From positions 32,001 through 96,000 of IMG/VR virus record IMGVR_UViG_3300048014_000057: a stretch of 64,000 bases of DNA; one strand, written 5' to 3'. This document shows, piece by piece, positions 48,984-58,834 of this stretch. Below the pieces are notes generated by a model. That model was not told the DNA's origin. It worked only from the letters and a program-made list of their open reading frames with translations, and ran no database searches. Each line of letters starts with the position of its first letter. Position 1 is the first letter of the stretch. The DNA comes from a virus. Both the position numbers and the translations under genes were made by a program.

Positions 48984-51929
48984 TTGGAAAAAATGGCAGA
49001 AGAAACAAAAACATCAACATTTCGACAGATATTAGCAGAACACGGCTCACAAATATTTGCAACAGCATTTCCAGGAGCTTCTAAATTATTAGAAATTGGT
49101 TCTCAATATATAAATTCTGGTGGTGATACTAGAGAAAAAGAAGAAAGGGAAATTTCTAGAGAAAGAGAAAAACAATCTCGTTCTAGTGCCGCAACTTCAA
49201 AACTCGCGACTATTATGGATGAAGGTTTTAATAAAATTGATGATAGATTAAATATGACTAATATTGTTTTAAATCAATCCAAAGAATTACAAATTATAAA
49301 TAATAAATTACTTGAAAAATTTCTTGAAAATGTTGGTTATGGTGGTGGATTTGGTGGTGGATTTGGTGGTGGATTTGGTGGTGGATTCGGGGGAATGGGT
49401 TTTGGTGGTGGATTTGGTGGAAATAATCTTCTTAGTAATCCTGCTGTAGATATTGGAATATGGGAAATAGGAAAAAAACTTCTAGGAAAATCAGGTGAAT
49501 TTTTAAAAAATTTATCAAGATTTTTAGGTCCTTTAGGTATAGCTGCTGAAATTATGGACCCTTCTCCTACAGGAATTGGTAAAGGAGAAGATATAGATTC
49601 TATAAAAAAAAATATGGAAAGAAATCAAAGAAAACTTTTTGGTGATCTTGATTTTGATAAAAATTCAGATGACGGTTCTTTAGAACAAAAAAGACAATTA
49701 GAAATAAAAGCAAAAGAAGATGCCTTAAAATTAACTATTGATAATTTAAATAATACAATTCTTATATTAAAAGATACAATAGAAAAAACCAAAAATAGTG
49801 GAGGAAATACTGATTCTCTTCAATTACAATTAAAACAAAATGAAAATACATTATCTCAATTAAATAAATCTTATAATGATCTAGAATCTTCTAAAAATAC
49901 ACCTTTAAAAAATTCTACTATTGAAGAAATAAAACCTAATTCTTTTAATAATCCAAATATACCTCCTGTTCTTTCAAATGGTAGAAGTATATTTGGTACT
50001 GCAACTCCTTCACCAACTTATCCCTCCGATCCAAATAATTTAGGAATTCCTCATTTTGGTCCGCCCGGTTATCGTAGTAATGCTCCCATTGTAAGAAATA
50101 GTGGATCAAGATTAGAAAGACATGCTGGTGGACAACCAACTATTGAAAATGAAAATTCTAAAACACCAGAATTAAATGGTGAAGATGTAGTTAAACATCT
50201 AGAAAAAATGAGAGATGCAGGATTTATCACTAATGAAGAATGTGTTACTTTAGGAATGGCTGCTGCTGGTATAAAATATGGAAGTGGAACGCCAGGATCA
50301 TTTACTACACAATGGAAAAAAGGTGGTACGGATTATGAAAAAATGGCTAATGGTTCTGTTGCTGCATCATTTTTAAATGTTGATGGAAGTCCTGCTAATA
50401 TATATGGTGGACCACAAGGAGGTAGACATGCAAAAGATGTAGAGGCTATGAATGGTGGTCAAGGAGGAACTGATCATGTTATTGTTAAAAAATCAAATCA
50501 TTATGATAAAGATGGAAAATTTGATGGTTGGAATGCTATAGAACAATATAGAGGACAACCTATGCATGAAAGATTTATGCCTTTAAATGGTGGTTTTGGT
50601 GAAAATTCTTTAAAGAATTATAATGAAGTATTAGGACCAGATGGTGAAGTTTTAGGTGGTCGTAAAAATTTTGATTATGCTCGTCTACATCCTAATCAAA
50701 ATTCTAATATTTCTGGTGATTATTCAAATGATGCAAGGCATAATGCAGAAACTTATTTGGGAAGAAAAATGTCAGATGATGAATATGATCAATTAATTAG
50801 AGCAACAAGTGCTGAAGCAGGGGGCGGAATAAAAGGAAAAGGTGATACTACAGAACAAGCTATGATTATGGCTTCCATTCTTAATAGAGCTAAAAAATTG
50901 GGACCTGATGGTGTAATTACAGCTTTACATGCCCGTAATCAATTTCAATCTGTTACAGGAAGAGATGGACGTACACCTTCTCCTAATTTTATTAATGGAC
51001 CAAGTGATACAAGAAAATTTAATATTGAAGAAGCTGCTGCCAAAAAATTACCATTTATATCAACAGAACAATTAAATTTTACTGCTGCATCTGATGCCGC
51101 ATATGGCCCAGGAAAAAATATAAGTTATAGAGATAAAATGTTAGCTGATGGTGGAAGTGTAATTGGGGGTTCTGTTTTTAACACATCACCACCAAATGAA
51201 TTTCCTGAAATAAAAAATTCTAATTCTAAAGCTGATCTTGCTTTTGGAGATTCTACCGTTCATGGTTTAGGACTTCCTGGGGATTCAAAAGATAAAAGAC
51301 ATACACGAGATAGTAAAGCAGCACTTGAAGAATATTTAAAAACTAATAGTGTAGAAGGAAAAAATGTTGTTATTTCTGGTGTATCTAATAATGCCGATGA
51401 AAATGGATTTAAAGATGTAAAAGATATGGCTAATATTTTAAAAAAAGCTGGTGCTCATGTTAATATTCTTGGAGAAGGAAAAAGAGCCGATCTTGCTAAA
51501 TGGAATCCTGAATTAGAAAAATTTGCCAAAGATAATGGTATGTTATTCACACCAATGATAGATAATCAAAGACCAGATAATGTACATCCGGCCAATTATA
51601 AAGAACAATTAACAGAAATAAATAAAAAATTTACAGAAACAAATAAGAATCAACTTTCAGCAACACAAATATCAGCACAACAAAAACAACAAATGTTATT
51701 TCATACTCAACAAAATATGGATGCTGCACGAATTTCCAAGGCTGCAATCGAAAGAAGTACAAAATCAGGATTTACACCAAATGTTAATACTTTATATGAT
51801 GGAAATAAAGAAAAATCTTTTTTTGAAAGAAATCCTGCCAAAGAAAAGAAAGAAGTTGGTGATCCAAAAGCTGCTTCTACAAGAGTGAGTCAATTATTTA
51901 CTGGATATGGTGGCATAGGACATAATTAG
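48984..51929 (+). CDS. large virion protein (tape-measure/hub-like) with SleB-type cell-wall hydrolase and SGNH domains
   Basis: AEAGG...ILNR...NQFQSV; AFGDS...SNN...DNVHP; GGGF repeats; coiled coil. Confidence 0.7.
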   Translation: MEKMAEETKTSTFRQILAEHGSQIFATAFPGASKLLEIGSQYINSGGDTREKEEREISREREKQSRSSAATSKLATIMDEGFNKIDDRLNMTNIVLNQSKELQIINNKLLEKFLENVGYGGGFGGGFGGGFGGGFGGMGFGGGFGGNNLLSNPAVDIGIWEIGKKLLGKSGEFLKNLSRFLGPLGIAAEIMDPSPTGIGKGEDIDSIKKNMERNQRKLFGDLDFDKNSDDGSLEQKRQLEIKAKEDALKLTIDNLNNTILILKDTIEKTKNSGGNTDSLQLQLKQNENTLSQLNKSYNDLESSKNTPLKNSTIEEIKPNSFNNPNIPPVLSNGRSIFGTATPSPTYPSDPNNLGIPHFGPPGYRSNAPIVRNSGSRLERHAGGQPTIENENSKTPELNGEDVVKHLEKMRDAGFITNEECVTLGMAAAGIKYGSGTPGSFTTQWKKGGTDYEKMANGSVAASFLNVDGSPANIYGGPQGGRHAKDVEAMNGGQGGTDHVIVKKSNHYDKDGKFDGWNAIEQYRGQPMHERFMPLNGGFGENSLKNYNEVLGPDGEVLGGRKNFDYARLHPNQNSNISGDYSNDARHNAETYLGRKMSDDEYDQLIRATSAEAGGGIKGKGDTTEQAMIMASILNRAKKLGPDGVITALHARNQFQSVTGRDGRTPSPNFINGPSDTRKFNIEEAAAKKLPFISTEQLNFTAASDAAYGPGKNISYRDKMLADGGSVIGGSVFNTSPPNEFPEIKNSNSKADLAFGDSTVHGLGLPGDSKDKRHTRDSKAALEEYLKTNSVEGKNVVISGVSNNADENGFKDVKDMANILKKAGAHVNILGEGKRADLAKWNPELEKFAKDNGMLFTPMIDNQRPDNVHPANYKEQLTEINKKFTETNKNQLSATQISAQQKQQMLFHTQQNMDAARISKAAIERSTKSGFTPNVNTLYDGNKEKSFFERNPAKEKKEVGDPKAASTRVSQLFTGYGGIGHN
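49341..49420 (+). repeat. GGTGGTGGATTT tandem repeats encoding (GGGF)n
   Basis: Seen directly in the sequence. Confidence 0.9.
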
Positions 51930-51941
51930 GAGAATATAAAA

Positions 51942-52544
51942 ATGAAAATTAGATTTATTGGCGATATCCACGGTGATATAGAAACTTGGAAAAAGATAAC
52001 TTCTGATTGTGATAATTCAATTCAATTAGGAGATTTTGGTGCAGGATTTATTGAAATTCCACTAGAAAATGATGTTTGTTTATCTCACAAATTTATAAGA
52101 GGAAATCATGATAATCCAGAAATTTGTAGAAAAAATTCTAGATGGATTGAGGATGGTTACTATGATGAAAAACATAGAATAATGTTTGTTGGTGGGGCTT
52201 TATCTATCGACAAAAATTTAAGAACACCTTATAAAGATTGGTGGCCTGATGAAGAATTATCTTACGTAGAATTTCAGAATTTAATTGATAAATATGTAAA
52301 TTTAAAACCAGAAGTCATGGTAACGCATGATTGTCCAAAATCTATTTACTCAATATTTCCATATAAAAATTATTTTCCTTCTATTACTATCGAAGCTTTC
52401 GAATATATGTTTTTTTATCATAAACCTAAATTATGGTTATTTGGACATCATCATGAAAATAAAAATAAAATAGTAGAAGGAACACAATTTATTTGTGTAG
52501 ATATTAATAATTATGTTGATGTTGACTTTCCAGAATATGTATGA
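51942..52544 (+). CDS. calcineurin-like metallophosphoesterase
   Basis: GDIHG, LGDFG, GNHD, THD.P, FGHHH. Confidence 0.9.
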   Translation: MKIRFIGDIHGDIETWKKITSDCDNSIQLGDFGAGFIEIPLENDVCLSHKFIRGNHDNPEICRKNSRWIEDGYYDEKHRIMFVGGALSIDKNLRTPYKDWWPDEELSYVEFQNLIDKYVNLKPEVMVTHDCPKSIYSIFPYKNYFPSITIEAFEYMFFYHKPKLWLFGHHHENKNKIVEGTQFICVDINNYVDVDFPEYV

Positions 52545-52582
52545 TATTATAAGAAATAACACAAGCAAGGGAAAATAAAAAT

Positions 52583-52716
52583 GGAAAAAGATAACAGTAT
52601 TCATGCATCAATCCATCATTCCGATAGAGATATTGGAAAAGAAAAGGAAAAAGATAACAGTATTCATACATCAATCCATCATTCCGATAGAGATATTGGA
52701 AAAGAAAAGGAAAAAG
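52583..52716 (+). repeat. 63-bp tandem duplication inside small ORF 52581-52766
   Basis: EKDNSIH(A/T)SIHHSDRDIGKEK x2, one mismatch. Confidence 0.9.
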
Positions 52717-52760
52717 TATCAAAATTGTCGGATAAAATTAAAAAAGTTCTTAAACCAAAA

Positions 52761-52937
52761 TCATAAAGGATTATTTCTTCTATTGGCTTCTTCAATTTCT
52801 TTATTAATTTTATTAACCATTTGAATGTAAATTGTGCGTTCAAATGGTATCATATTTTCTAATTCTTCAAGAGAATATCCATGATGATGTTGTAGAGAAA
52901 AATTTGTAGAATAATAAGAAGATAGATTATTATGTAT
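52761..52937 (-). CDS. gp51: baseplate hub assembly protein gp51 (no ATG start; probably a frameshift product)
   Basis: HNNLSSYYSTNFSLQHHHGYSLEELENMIPFERTIYI; lies in the -1 frame of gp26. Confidence 0.8.
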   Translation of the reverse strand: MHNNLSSYYSTNFSLQHHHGYSLEELENMIPFERTIYIQMVNKINKEIEEANRRNNPL

Positions 52938-53641
52938 TAAAGATATAAAAAAAAATCCATAAGAGAATTAAAAGTAAGACTTCTTATAGTACCTAATTTA
53001 TTAGTATATTGAACCGTATATTTGACGGAAGGAGTCGAAAGAAGAAATTCTTCTATTTTTCTAAAGGTTTTAATATCTAAATTATCCATGAATTCTCTTT
53101 TTTCGTCCATTGTTAATTCTAATAATTCATCTTTATTGTAAATATTTTCAATACATCTAACAACTAATTCAAACAAACCATCCTTTTTAAGTCTTGCCTG
53201 AAAATCATCAGAATCATAAATAGAGGCTTCTGGATATTTCATTACAATAGTAATATTATTATCTACTTTAATGTTATTATCTGGGGGATTGTCTTGAAAA
53301 TTAACTTTAATATCATCAAAATTAATTTTTAAAGAATATTTTTCTTTATCCTGATCGTCCTGAATCTCTATTGTTTCTATTGAATTTACTGATTTTGATC
53401 TTAGTTGTAAAAATAGATATTCAAGATCAAACATAGGAATAGAGTTAATATTAAAATCTGGTTCTTGACAACAAACCTTAACAACATCTTTAATGGCTTT
53501 AAAAATATCATTAATATTTTTAGATTCTTTGGCAAATAAAAGAATTTTTTCTTCTTTAACGAGAAATCGACGAAAATATAAATCTTTTTTATTAGAAGGT
53601 TGATTAATTAAAAATGTTGGGTAAATTAATTGTGGTATTAT
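52937..53641 (-). CDS. gp26: baseplate hub subunit gp26
   Basis: Frame extends upstream of ATG 53434: IIPQLIYPTF...PS.KK...FR.FLVKEEKILL; FDLEYLFLQLRSKSV; MKYP; ATA at 53641 behind AGGAG. Confidence 0.88.
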   Translation of the reverse strand: MIPQLIYPTFLINQPSNKKDLYFRRFLVKEEKILLFAKESKNINDIFKAIKDVVKVCCQEPDFNINSIPMFDLEYLFLQLRSKSVNSIETIEIQDDQDKEKYSLKINFDDIKVNFQDNPPDNNIKVDNNITIVMKYPEASIYDSDDFQARLKKDGLFELVVRCIENIYNKDELLELTMDEKREFMDNLDIKTFRKIEEFLLSTPSVKYTVQYTNKLGTIRSLTFNSLMDFFLYL

Positions 53642-53652
53642 TTTAAAATCTC

Positions 53653-54273
53653 CTAATTCTGAAATTCTACTGCAAATTCTCTATAAGTAAATGTAATATC
53701 TAATTTTAAAAGATTATCAGTTTTATCCCATGATAAAGGAGTTTCTGAAAATAATATTGGTTTGGCTCTATAGGCATTGACGATTTTAATCAGATTTCCC
53801 GAAAGGTCATATGTATTTATATTTATTACCTGAGAACAAATATCATCTTCATAGGCGGAAGTATAATTTGGAACAGAATAATTTAAAGCTCCATTTTGTG
53901 TGGTTTGAGAATTATTATATATTTCTGCAAAATTATATATGGAATTTATCCATTCATAAAAAAACTGATATATTAATCCATATTTATCTGTTAGAAATGA
54001 CATTTCCAAATTACCAAATACAGCATTATAAGGTTGTTTAATTATTGGACCCATACCATATCTTCTTGATTCTGTAGATTGTAATCCTATTGCAGGCGAT
54101 GTAACACTTTGGGCTCGCATTTGTAGAATTTGCGGTAATCCTGCTAAATTTCCATTGGTTATAGTTTGATTGCCTAAAATATTAGGAAGTGAAATTAAAA
54201 TATCAAATTTATTAGAAGAAGAATATCCATAAGTTTTTAAATTTGAAAGAAACTGATTTACATCAAAAGCCAT
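53653..54273 (-). CDS. tail tube initiator gp54-like protein
   Basis: F.V..F......G....NKF, PY...F..L...F..D, F..W...I, A.P......LSW. Confidence 0.7.
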   Translation of the reverse strand: MAFDVNQFLSNLKTYGYSSSNKFDILISLPNILGNQTITNGNLAGLPQILQMRAQSVTSPAIGLQSTESRRYGMGPIIKQPYNAVFGNLEMSFLTDKYGLIYQFFYEWINSIYNFAEIYNNSQTTQNGALNYSVPNYTSAYEDDICSQVININTYDLSGNLIKIVNAYRAKPILFSETPLSWDKTDNLLKLDITFTYREFAVEFQN

Positions 54274-54292
54274 TAGAAATTATCCTTATATA

Positions 54293-54892
54293 TCATATAC
54301 TTAATAAACTCATGGCCCAGACATAATCGGAGGATTTCTTTTTGAATTTTTCTGTTGGTAAAAGTGCTGTATAATACCAATTAACAGGTTTTATATATTG
54401 AAAAGAACTTCTAACATGAGAAAATAAATATCTATGAACACAAGGTTTAAATAATTTAAATCGAGAAGCACTTGTAAGAATAGAATAATTTATTTTTAAT
54501 TTACTTGTATTGTCATATTTTTGATTATTTAATGTTTCTGAAATTCTGGTCATTAATATTGATCTCATTCCTGGTGGAAGATAATGAATATTTATTCCTA
54601 AAAATCCATCTTTATATAATTCAATAGGAAAAACGAGTGGAAAAATGTCATAATATTTAAGAGTTCCTTTATGTTTAGGATCATAGGCATAAAAATACAT
54701 TTTTCCTATTGAATTAATAGATAAATTATCCATATTTTCAAATGGACCAGCATTTTTTTGTAAATTTTTGCCAGTAGCCTTTTTGGTGTTATAGGCTTGA
54801 TTATAAAACCAATCACGAGCTTTTTTACTATCTTTTCTTAAATCGATATTATTAATACCGGCTTCTTTTGCAAGTTTTTCAAATGACCACAC
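54293..54892 (-). CDS. gp2: DNA end protector protein gp2
   Basis: G.MYF..YDPK.K.TL.YYD.FPL, GF.G.N.HYLP, PC..RYL..HV.S. Confidence 0.93.
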   Translation of the reverse strand: MWSFEKLAKEAGINNIDLRKDSKKARDWFYNQAYNTKKATGKNLQKNAGPFENMDNLSINSIGKMYFYAYDPKHKGTLKYYDIFPLVFPIELYKDGFLGINIHYLPPGMRSILMTRISETLNNQKYDNTSKLKINYSILTSASRFKLFKPCVHRYLFSHVRSSFQYIKPVNWYYTALLPTEKFKKKSSDYVWAMSLLSI

Positions 54893-55019
54893 TGAAAATT
54901 TTCCTTTTTCTATATTTATTATTTTTTTGAAAAAGGATTTGACAACTTTCTCATAGAAGAGTAAGAAATAGGAAATGGAGACAAAATATGGAAAATGATA
55001 AAAAATTAGGAGATAAAAA

Positions 55020-55388
55020 ATGGATAAGTCTTTAAAAGAAAAGTGGATTAAAAAACTTACTTCTGGTAAATATCGTCAATGTCAAAATAGTTTAAAGAAA
55101 GAAACTCGTGATGGTGGAGTTAGTTTTTGTTGTTTAGGAATTTTAGCAGAATGTATTGATCCTGACTATTTTACAGAAGAAAAATTTAAATATCAAAATA
55201 ATAGAACTAAAGCATTTGTTCCAAATTCTAAATATTTCCCATCTTTTGTAAATATTGGTATGTTACCTGATTTTATTTTAAATAAAATTAGGTTAATCTC
55301 AGAACAACAAAATATATTAATAGAAATGAATGATAATAAGGGTAAAAAATTTAAAACAATTGCTAAATGGATTGAAGAAAATCTATAA
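55020..55388 (+). CDS. hypothetical phage protein
   Basis: W...L.SGKY.Q....L, FCCLG.L, ND...F..IA.WIE. Confidence 0.65.
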   Translation: MDKSLKEKWIKKLTSGKYRQCQNSLKKETRDGGVSFCCLGILAECIDPDYFTEEKFKYQNNRTKAFVPNSKYFPSFVNIGMLPDFILNKIRLISEQQNILIEMNDNKGKKFKTIAKWIEENL

Positions 55389-55398
55389 ATAAAATAAT

Positions 55399-55490
55399 GC
55401 GGGATTAGTGTAATGGTAGCACACGGTCCTTATAAGGCCGCATCGCCAGATTAGCGAGTAGTAAAAGTTCGAATCTTTTATCCCGTACCA
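55399..55490 (+). tRNA. tRNA-Ile(TAT) with long variable arm
   Basis: CGGTC CT TAT AA GGCCG; variable arm TCGC CAGATTA GCGA; TTCGAAT; A CCA; TATAAATA at 55384. Confidence 0.85.
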
Positions 55491-55514
55491 ATTAAAAAAA
55501 TTAAGGAGATTTAT

Positions 55515-55946
55515 ATGGAAGATTATATTTTACCAGCAGGAAAATATTTAATAGGTGATCCTTGTTATTTTTTTTCTGATAAACCACATGAAGATTGGTT
55601 AAATTTTTTAGAACAAAATGATTTTCTTGATAATGAAGGAAAAGGGGTATTAACAGGAACCGATTTATCTGTAGTTGTTTTTGGAACAAAATATGGTGAT
55701 GGACTTTATAAAGATGAATATAACAATGAATATGGTGTAGATTCTGGATTAATTGGTATTATTCCTTATACAGAGGAAAGTGATATTCCTTCTTTAATGC
55801 ATTTAATACAATTTGATAAGGATTTTGAATGTATTAATAATAATGGATATTTACATTTTGGTGACATTGTTATTGACACAGTTCAAGACTATCATTATGA
55901 TTATACCGATGAAACCGAAGATGAAGGAGTATGGGATGAACCATGA
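55515..55946 (+). CDS. hypothetical phage protein
   Basis: Y.IGDPCY, T.YGDG.Y, VDSG.IG. Confidence 0.65.
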   Translation: MEDYILPAGKYLIGDPCYFFSDKPHEDWLNFLEQNDFLDNEGKGVLTGTDLSVVVFGTKYGDGLYKDEYNNEYGVDSGLIGIIPYTEESDIPSLMHLIQFDKDFECINNNGYLHFGDIVIDTVQDYHYDYTDETEDEGVWDEP

Positions 55947-56321
55947 AATTATTGGTCGTTATGACTCACTTTTTAATGCCTTTTTTTATGGTTATTATGA
56001 AGGAACAAAATTCGTAATTCTCTATGCAATAATATTTTGAAAGGATTTAGAATGTTAAATTTTGGGGAATGTTTTCTCATTTTATCTAAAGAAAATAATG
56101 ATTATAAAATTTTAAATACTATTTATCCTCATAATATGGTATATGAGGATAAAAAACTTCTTGGTCTTCTTATACAAGTTAGAAGAAATGTTACACAATG
56201 GTATGATAACTATTTTAAAAATAAGAATGATCAACTTTGTGTTGGTATTGGGGAAAAAGATTTATCTGATGGGCAATATAAAATTTTAAGACTTATTTAA
56301 AATAAATAGGAGACAAGGAAA

Positions 56322-56714
56322 TTGAATATAATTAAAGAAATAGAAAATATTAACAAAAAAATAAATTTCCTTGTTTCTTTATTTTCAAACAATTCCGGAG
56401 GAAATACAATGATAGATTTATCACAATTAGAAAAAGAAGTAGAAAATGCAATTAATCTTGCAAAATTAGCAGGAGATAAAATCCTTTCTAATATAGAAAC
56501 AAAGGCAAGTGAAGATGCTGCTACTATTGCTAAAATTGCAAATTTACATATTACATTAAGTTCTGCCATGGCTAATTTAAATTTTATTATTTCTAATAAT
56601 GTTATTCATGGAGAAGGTGTATTATTAAATGTTGTAGATTTTACAAAACAAATTCCTCACGATATCGAAGTAGGAGTAGAAAATCTAGTTGATGAAGTTA
56701 AAAAGATAATTTAA
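56322..56714 (+). CDS. hypothetical protein with possible dual start
   Basis: TTG start plus internal GGAGG-ATG at 56409. Confidence 0.6.
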   Translation: MNIIKEIENINKKINFLVSLFSNNSGGNTMIDLSQLEKEVENAINLAKLAGDKILSNIETKASEDAATIAKIANLHITLSSAMANLNFIISNNVIHGEGVLLNVVDFTKQIPHDIEVGVENLVDEVKKII

Positions 56715-56767
56715 TTTATAACATTGGGTGACATATACGAAAAAAGAATAGAACATATTCTTTCGAA

Positions 56768-57067
56768 TTGTTATTTAAACATGGTGAAACTTGTCCTTAT
56801 TGTAATAAAATTATAAAAATTAATTTTAATAATAAAAATGCACATAATGAAAAAAATTTTCCCACAAGAGATCATGTTATTCCTAAATCTGTAATGCCTG
56901 GACAACCCAGAATAATTGTATGTAGAGAATGTAATCAAAATAAAGATAAAAAAACATTATTAGAATGGTATCATAAATTAAAAAATAATAATGATATTAG
57001 AAAAGATATTATCAAAGAACATTTAAAAAGAAGTGGTTATAAAAAGGAAGATATAGAAAATGAATGA
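56768..57067 (+). CDS. HNH endonuclease
   Basis: CPYC, TRDHVIPKS, C.ECN..K. Confidence 0.8.
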   Translation: MLFKHGETCPYCNKIIKINFNNKNAHNEKNFPTRDHVIPKSVMPGQPRIIVCRECNQNKDKKTLLEWYHKLKNNNDIRKDIIKEHLKRSGYKKEDIENE

Positions 57068-58118
57068 TATAGTAAGAAAACTAGCAAGTATTCGTCGTAT
57101 TGCAGAAATTAAACCAATCGAAGGTGCTGATAAAATTGTTGCTTATAGAGTTGACGGATGGTGGGTAGTTTCACAAAAAGATGCTTTTAATGTTGGAGAC
57201 CTAGTTTTATATTTTGAGATTGATTCGTTTTTAAATGTAAGACCAGAATTCGAATTTCTTAGGAAAAATTCTTTTAAATCTACTAAAAATTTAGGAGATG
57301 GTTTTAGAATTAAAACTATTAAACTTAAAGGTCAAATTTCCCAAGGATTAATTCTTCCTATAACTGATTTTCAAGAATTTTTACAAACAAATCAAGACGG
57401 ACAAAAATTAATTGAATTTCTTAATGAAGGTGATAATGTTACTGAAATTCTTGGAATTCAAAAATATGAAAAGCCAATTCCATCTTGTCTTCAAGGAACA
57501 GTAAAAGGTAATTTTCCTTCATTTATTAGAAAAACTGATCAAGAACGATATCAAAATCTATCAGAAAAAGAAAAAAATTGTTATAAAAATATTCCATTTG
57601 AAGTTACTGTTAAAATGGATGGTTCTTCTATGACTGTTTATTATAAAGATGGAGATTTTGGTGTATGTTCCAGAAATCTTGATCTTAAAGATGATACAGA
57701 AAATCTTTATTGGAAAATTGCTAAAGAATTAAAACTAAAAGAAAAATTAGAAAAACTGCAATATAATATTGCATTACAAATGGAACTTTGTGGACCAGGA
57801 ATTCAAGGAAATCCACAAAAATTAGATACACATAAAGTTTTTATATTTGATATCTATGATATTAATTGTCAAAGATACTTTTCTCCATATGAAAGATATA
57901 TAATTTTAGAAAAATTAAATCTTTTATTTAATATTGTTCCTATATTAGGAATAAATTATTTTGGAGAAAATATTTTCGATCATGAAAAAATTCATATGAT
58001 AGCAGATAACACTAGATATAATAATATTCCTGCAGAAGGAGTTGTATTTAAATCAATGCGTGGCAGATATTCATTTAAAATGATAAGTAATGTATATTTG
58101 TTAAAAGAGAAAGATTAA
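57060..58118 (+). CDS. RNA ligase, DRB0094 family
   Basis: RKLASIRRI..I.PI.GAD.I, YFEIDS, GQISQG, KTD.ER.QN, KMDGSS, GIQGN, EGVV.K, SFK.ISN.YLL. Confidence 0.92.
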   Translation: MNDIVRKLASIRRIAEIKPIEGADKIVAYRVDGWWVVSQKDAFNVGDLVLYFEIDSFLNVRPEFEFLRKNSFKSTKNLGDGFRIKTIKLKGQISQGLILPITDFQEFLQTNQDGQKLIEFLNEGDNVTEILGIQKYEKPIPSCLQGTVKGNFPSFIRKTDQERYQNLSEKEKNCYKNIPFEVTVKMDGSSMTVYYKDGDFGVCSRNLDLKDDTENLYWKIAKELKLKEKLEKLQYNIALQMELCGPGIQGNPQKLDTHKVFIFDIYDINCQRYFSPYERYIILEKLNLLFNIVPILGINYFGENIFDHEKIHMIADNTRYNNIPAEGVVFKSMRGRYSFKMISNVYLLKEKD

Positions 58119-58120
58119 AA

Positions 58121-58375
58121 ATGATTACTATTTATACTAAAAAATATTGTGAATGGTGTGATAAAGCCAAAGAATTATTAAATTCTCTTTCTATTCCTTT
58201 TTCCGAATACAAAATTGGAGAAGACATTCCTCGTGAATGGATATTAAATACTTTTCCTACCATGCATACAGTTCCTATTATTCTATATAAAAATCAATTA
58301 ATAGGAGGATATCAGGATTTACTACATGAAATAAATACTAATATACATTTTGGAAAAACATTATTATTAGAATAA
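58121..58375 (+). CDS. glutaredoxin
   Basis: CEWC, TVP.I, IGGY. Confidence 0.92.
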   Translation: MITIYTKKYCEWCDKAKELLNSLSIPFSEYKIGEDIPREWILNTFPTMHTVPIILYKNQLIGGYQDLLHEINTNIHFGKTLLLE

Positions 58376-58405
58376 AAATTTAATAAGAACGTAATTTTTA
58401 TACTT

Positions 58406-58440
58406 AAAAGACCTAGGAGAAATCTTAGGTCTTTTTTTTT
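58406..58440 (+). terminator. intrinsic terminator
   Basis: AAAAGACCTAGGA-GAAA-TCTTAGGTCTTTTTTTTT. Confidence 0.9.
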
Positions 58441-58834
58441 ATTTTATATTATAATAAATATATTAAAAAATGGAGTTTAAATTGGAAGTTCAAAATCAAA
58501 AATCAAATACAAATACTAAAGATACTTTAAAAAAAAGAATAACTCGTGTGATCATAAATCCACAAATTAAAGAAAAAATAAATGATAATTGTATAAAAAT
58601 AATAGAAAGTTATTTAAAAAAAGAAGATTTTAATCCTTTAGATTCTGATAAAAATTTAGATTCTGATCCTGATAATGCTGTATCCGATCCATATAAAGTT
58701 TTGGGTAATCCAAAAGCGTCTTTAGAATTAAAAGATTTGGCATATAAAATAATAACAATTCGTTCTTGTAATGATTTAGGATAATTATACCAAAATAATA
58801 AATAGAATAAATAATTAAAAGGAAAAAAAAATAA

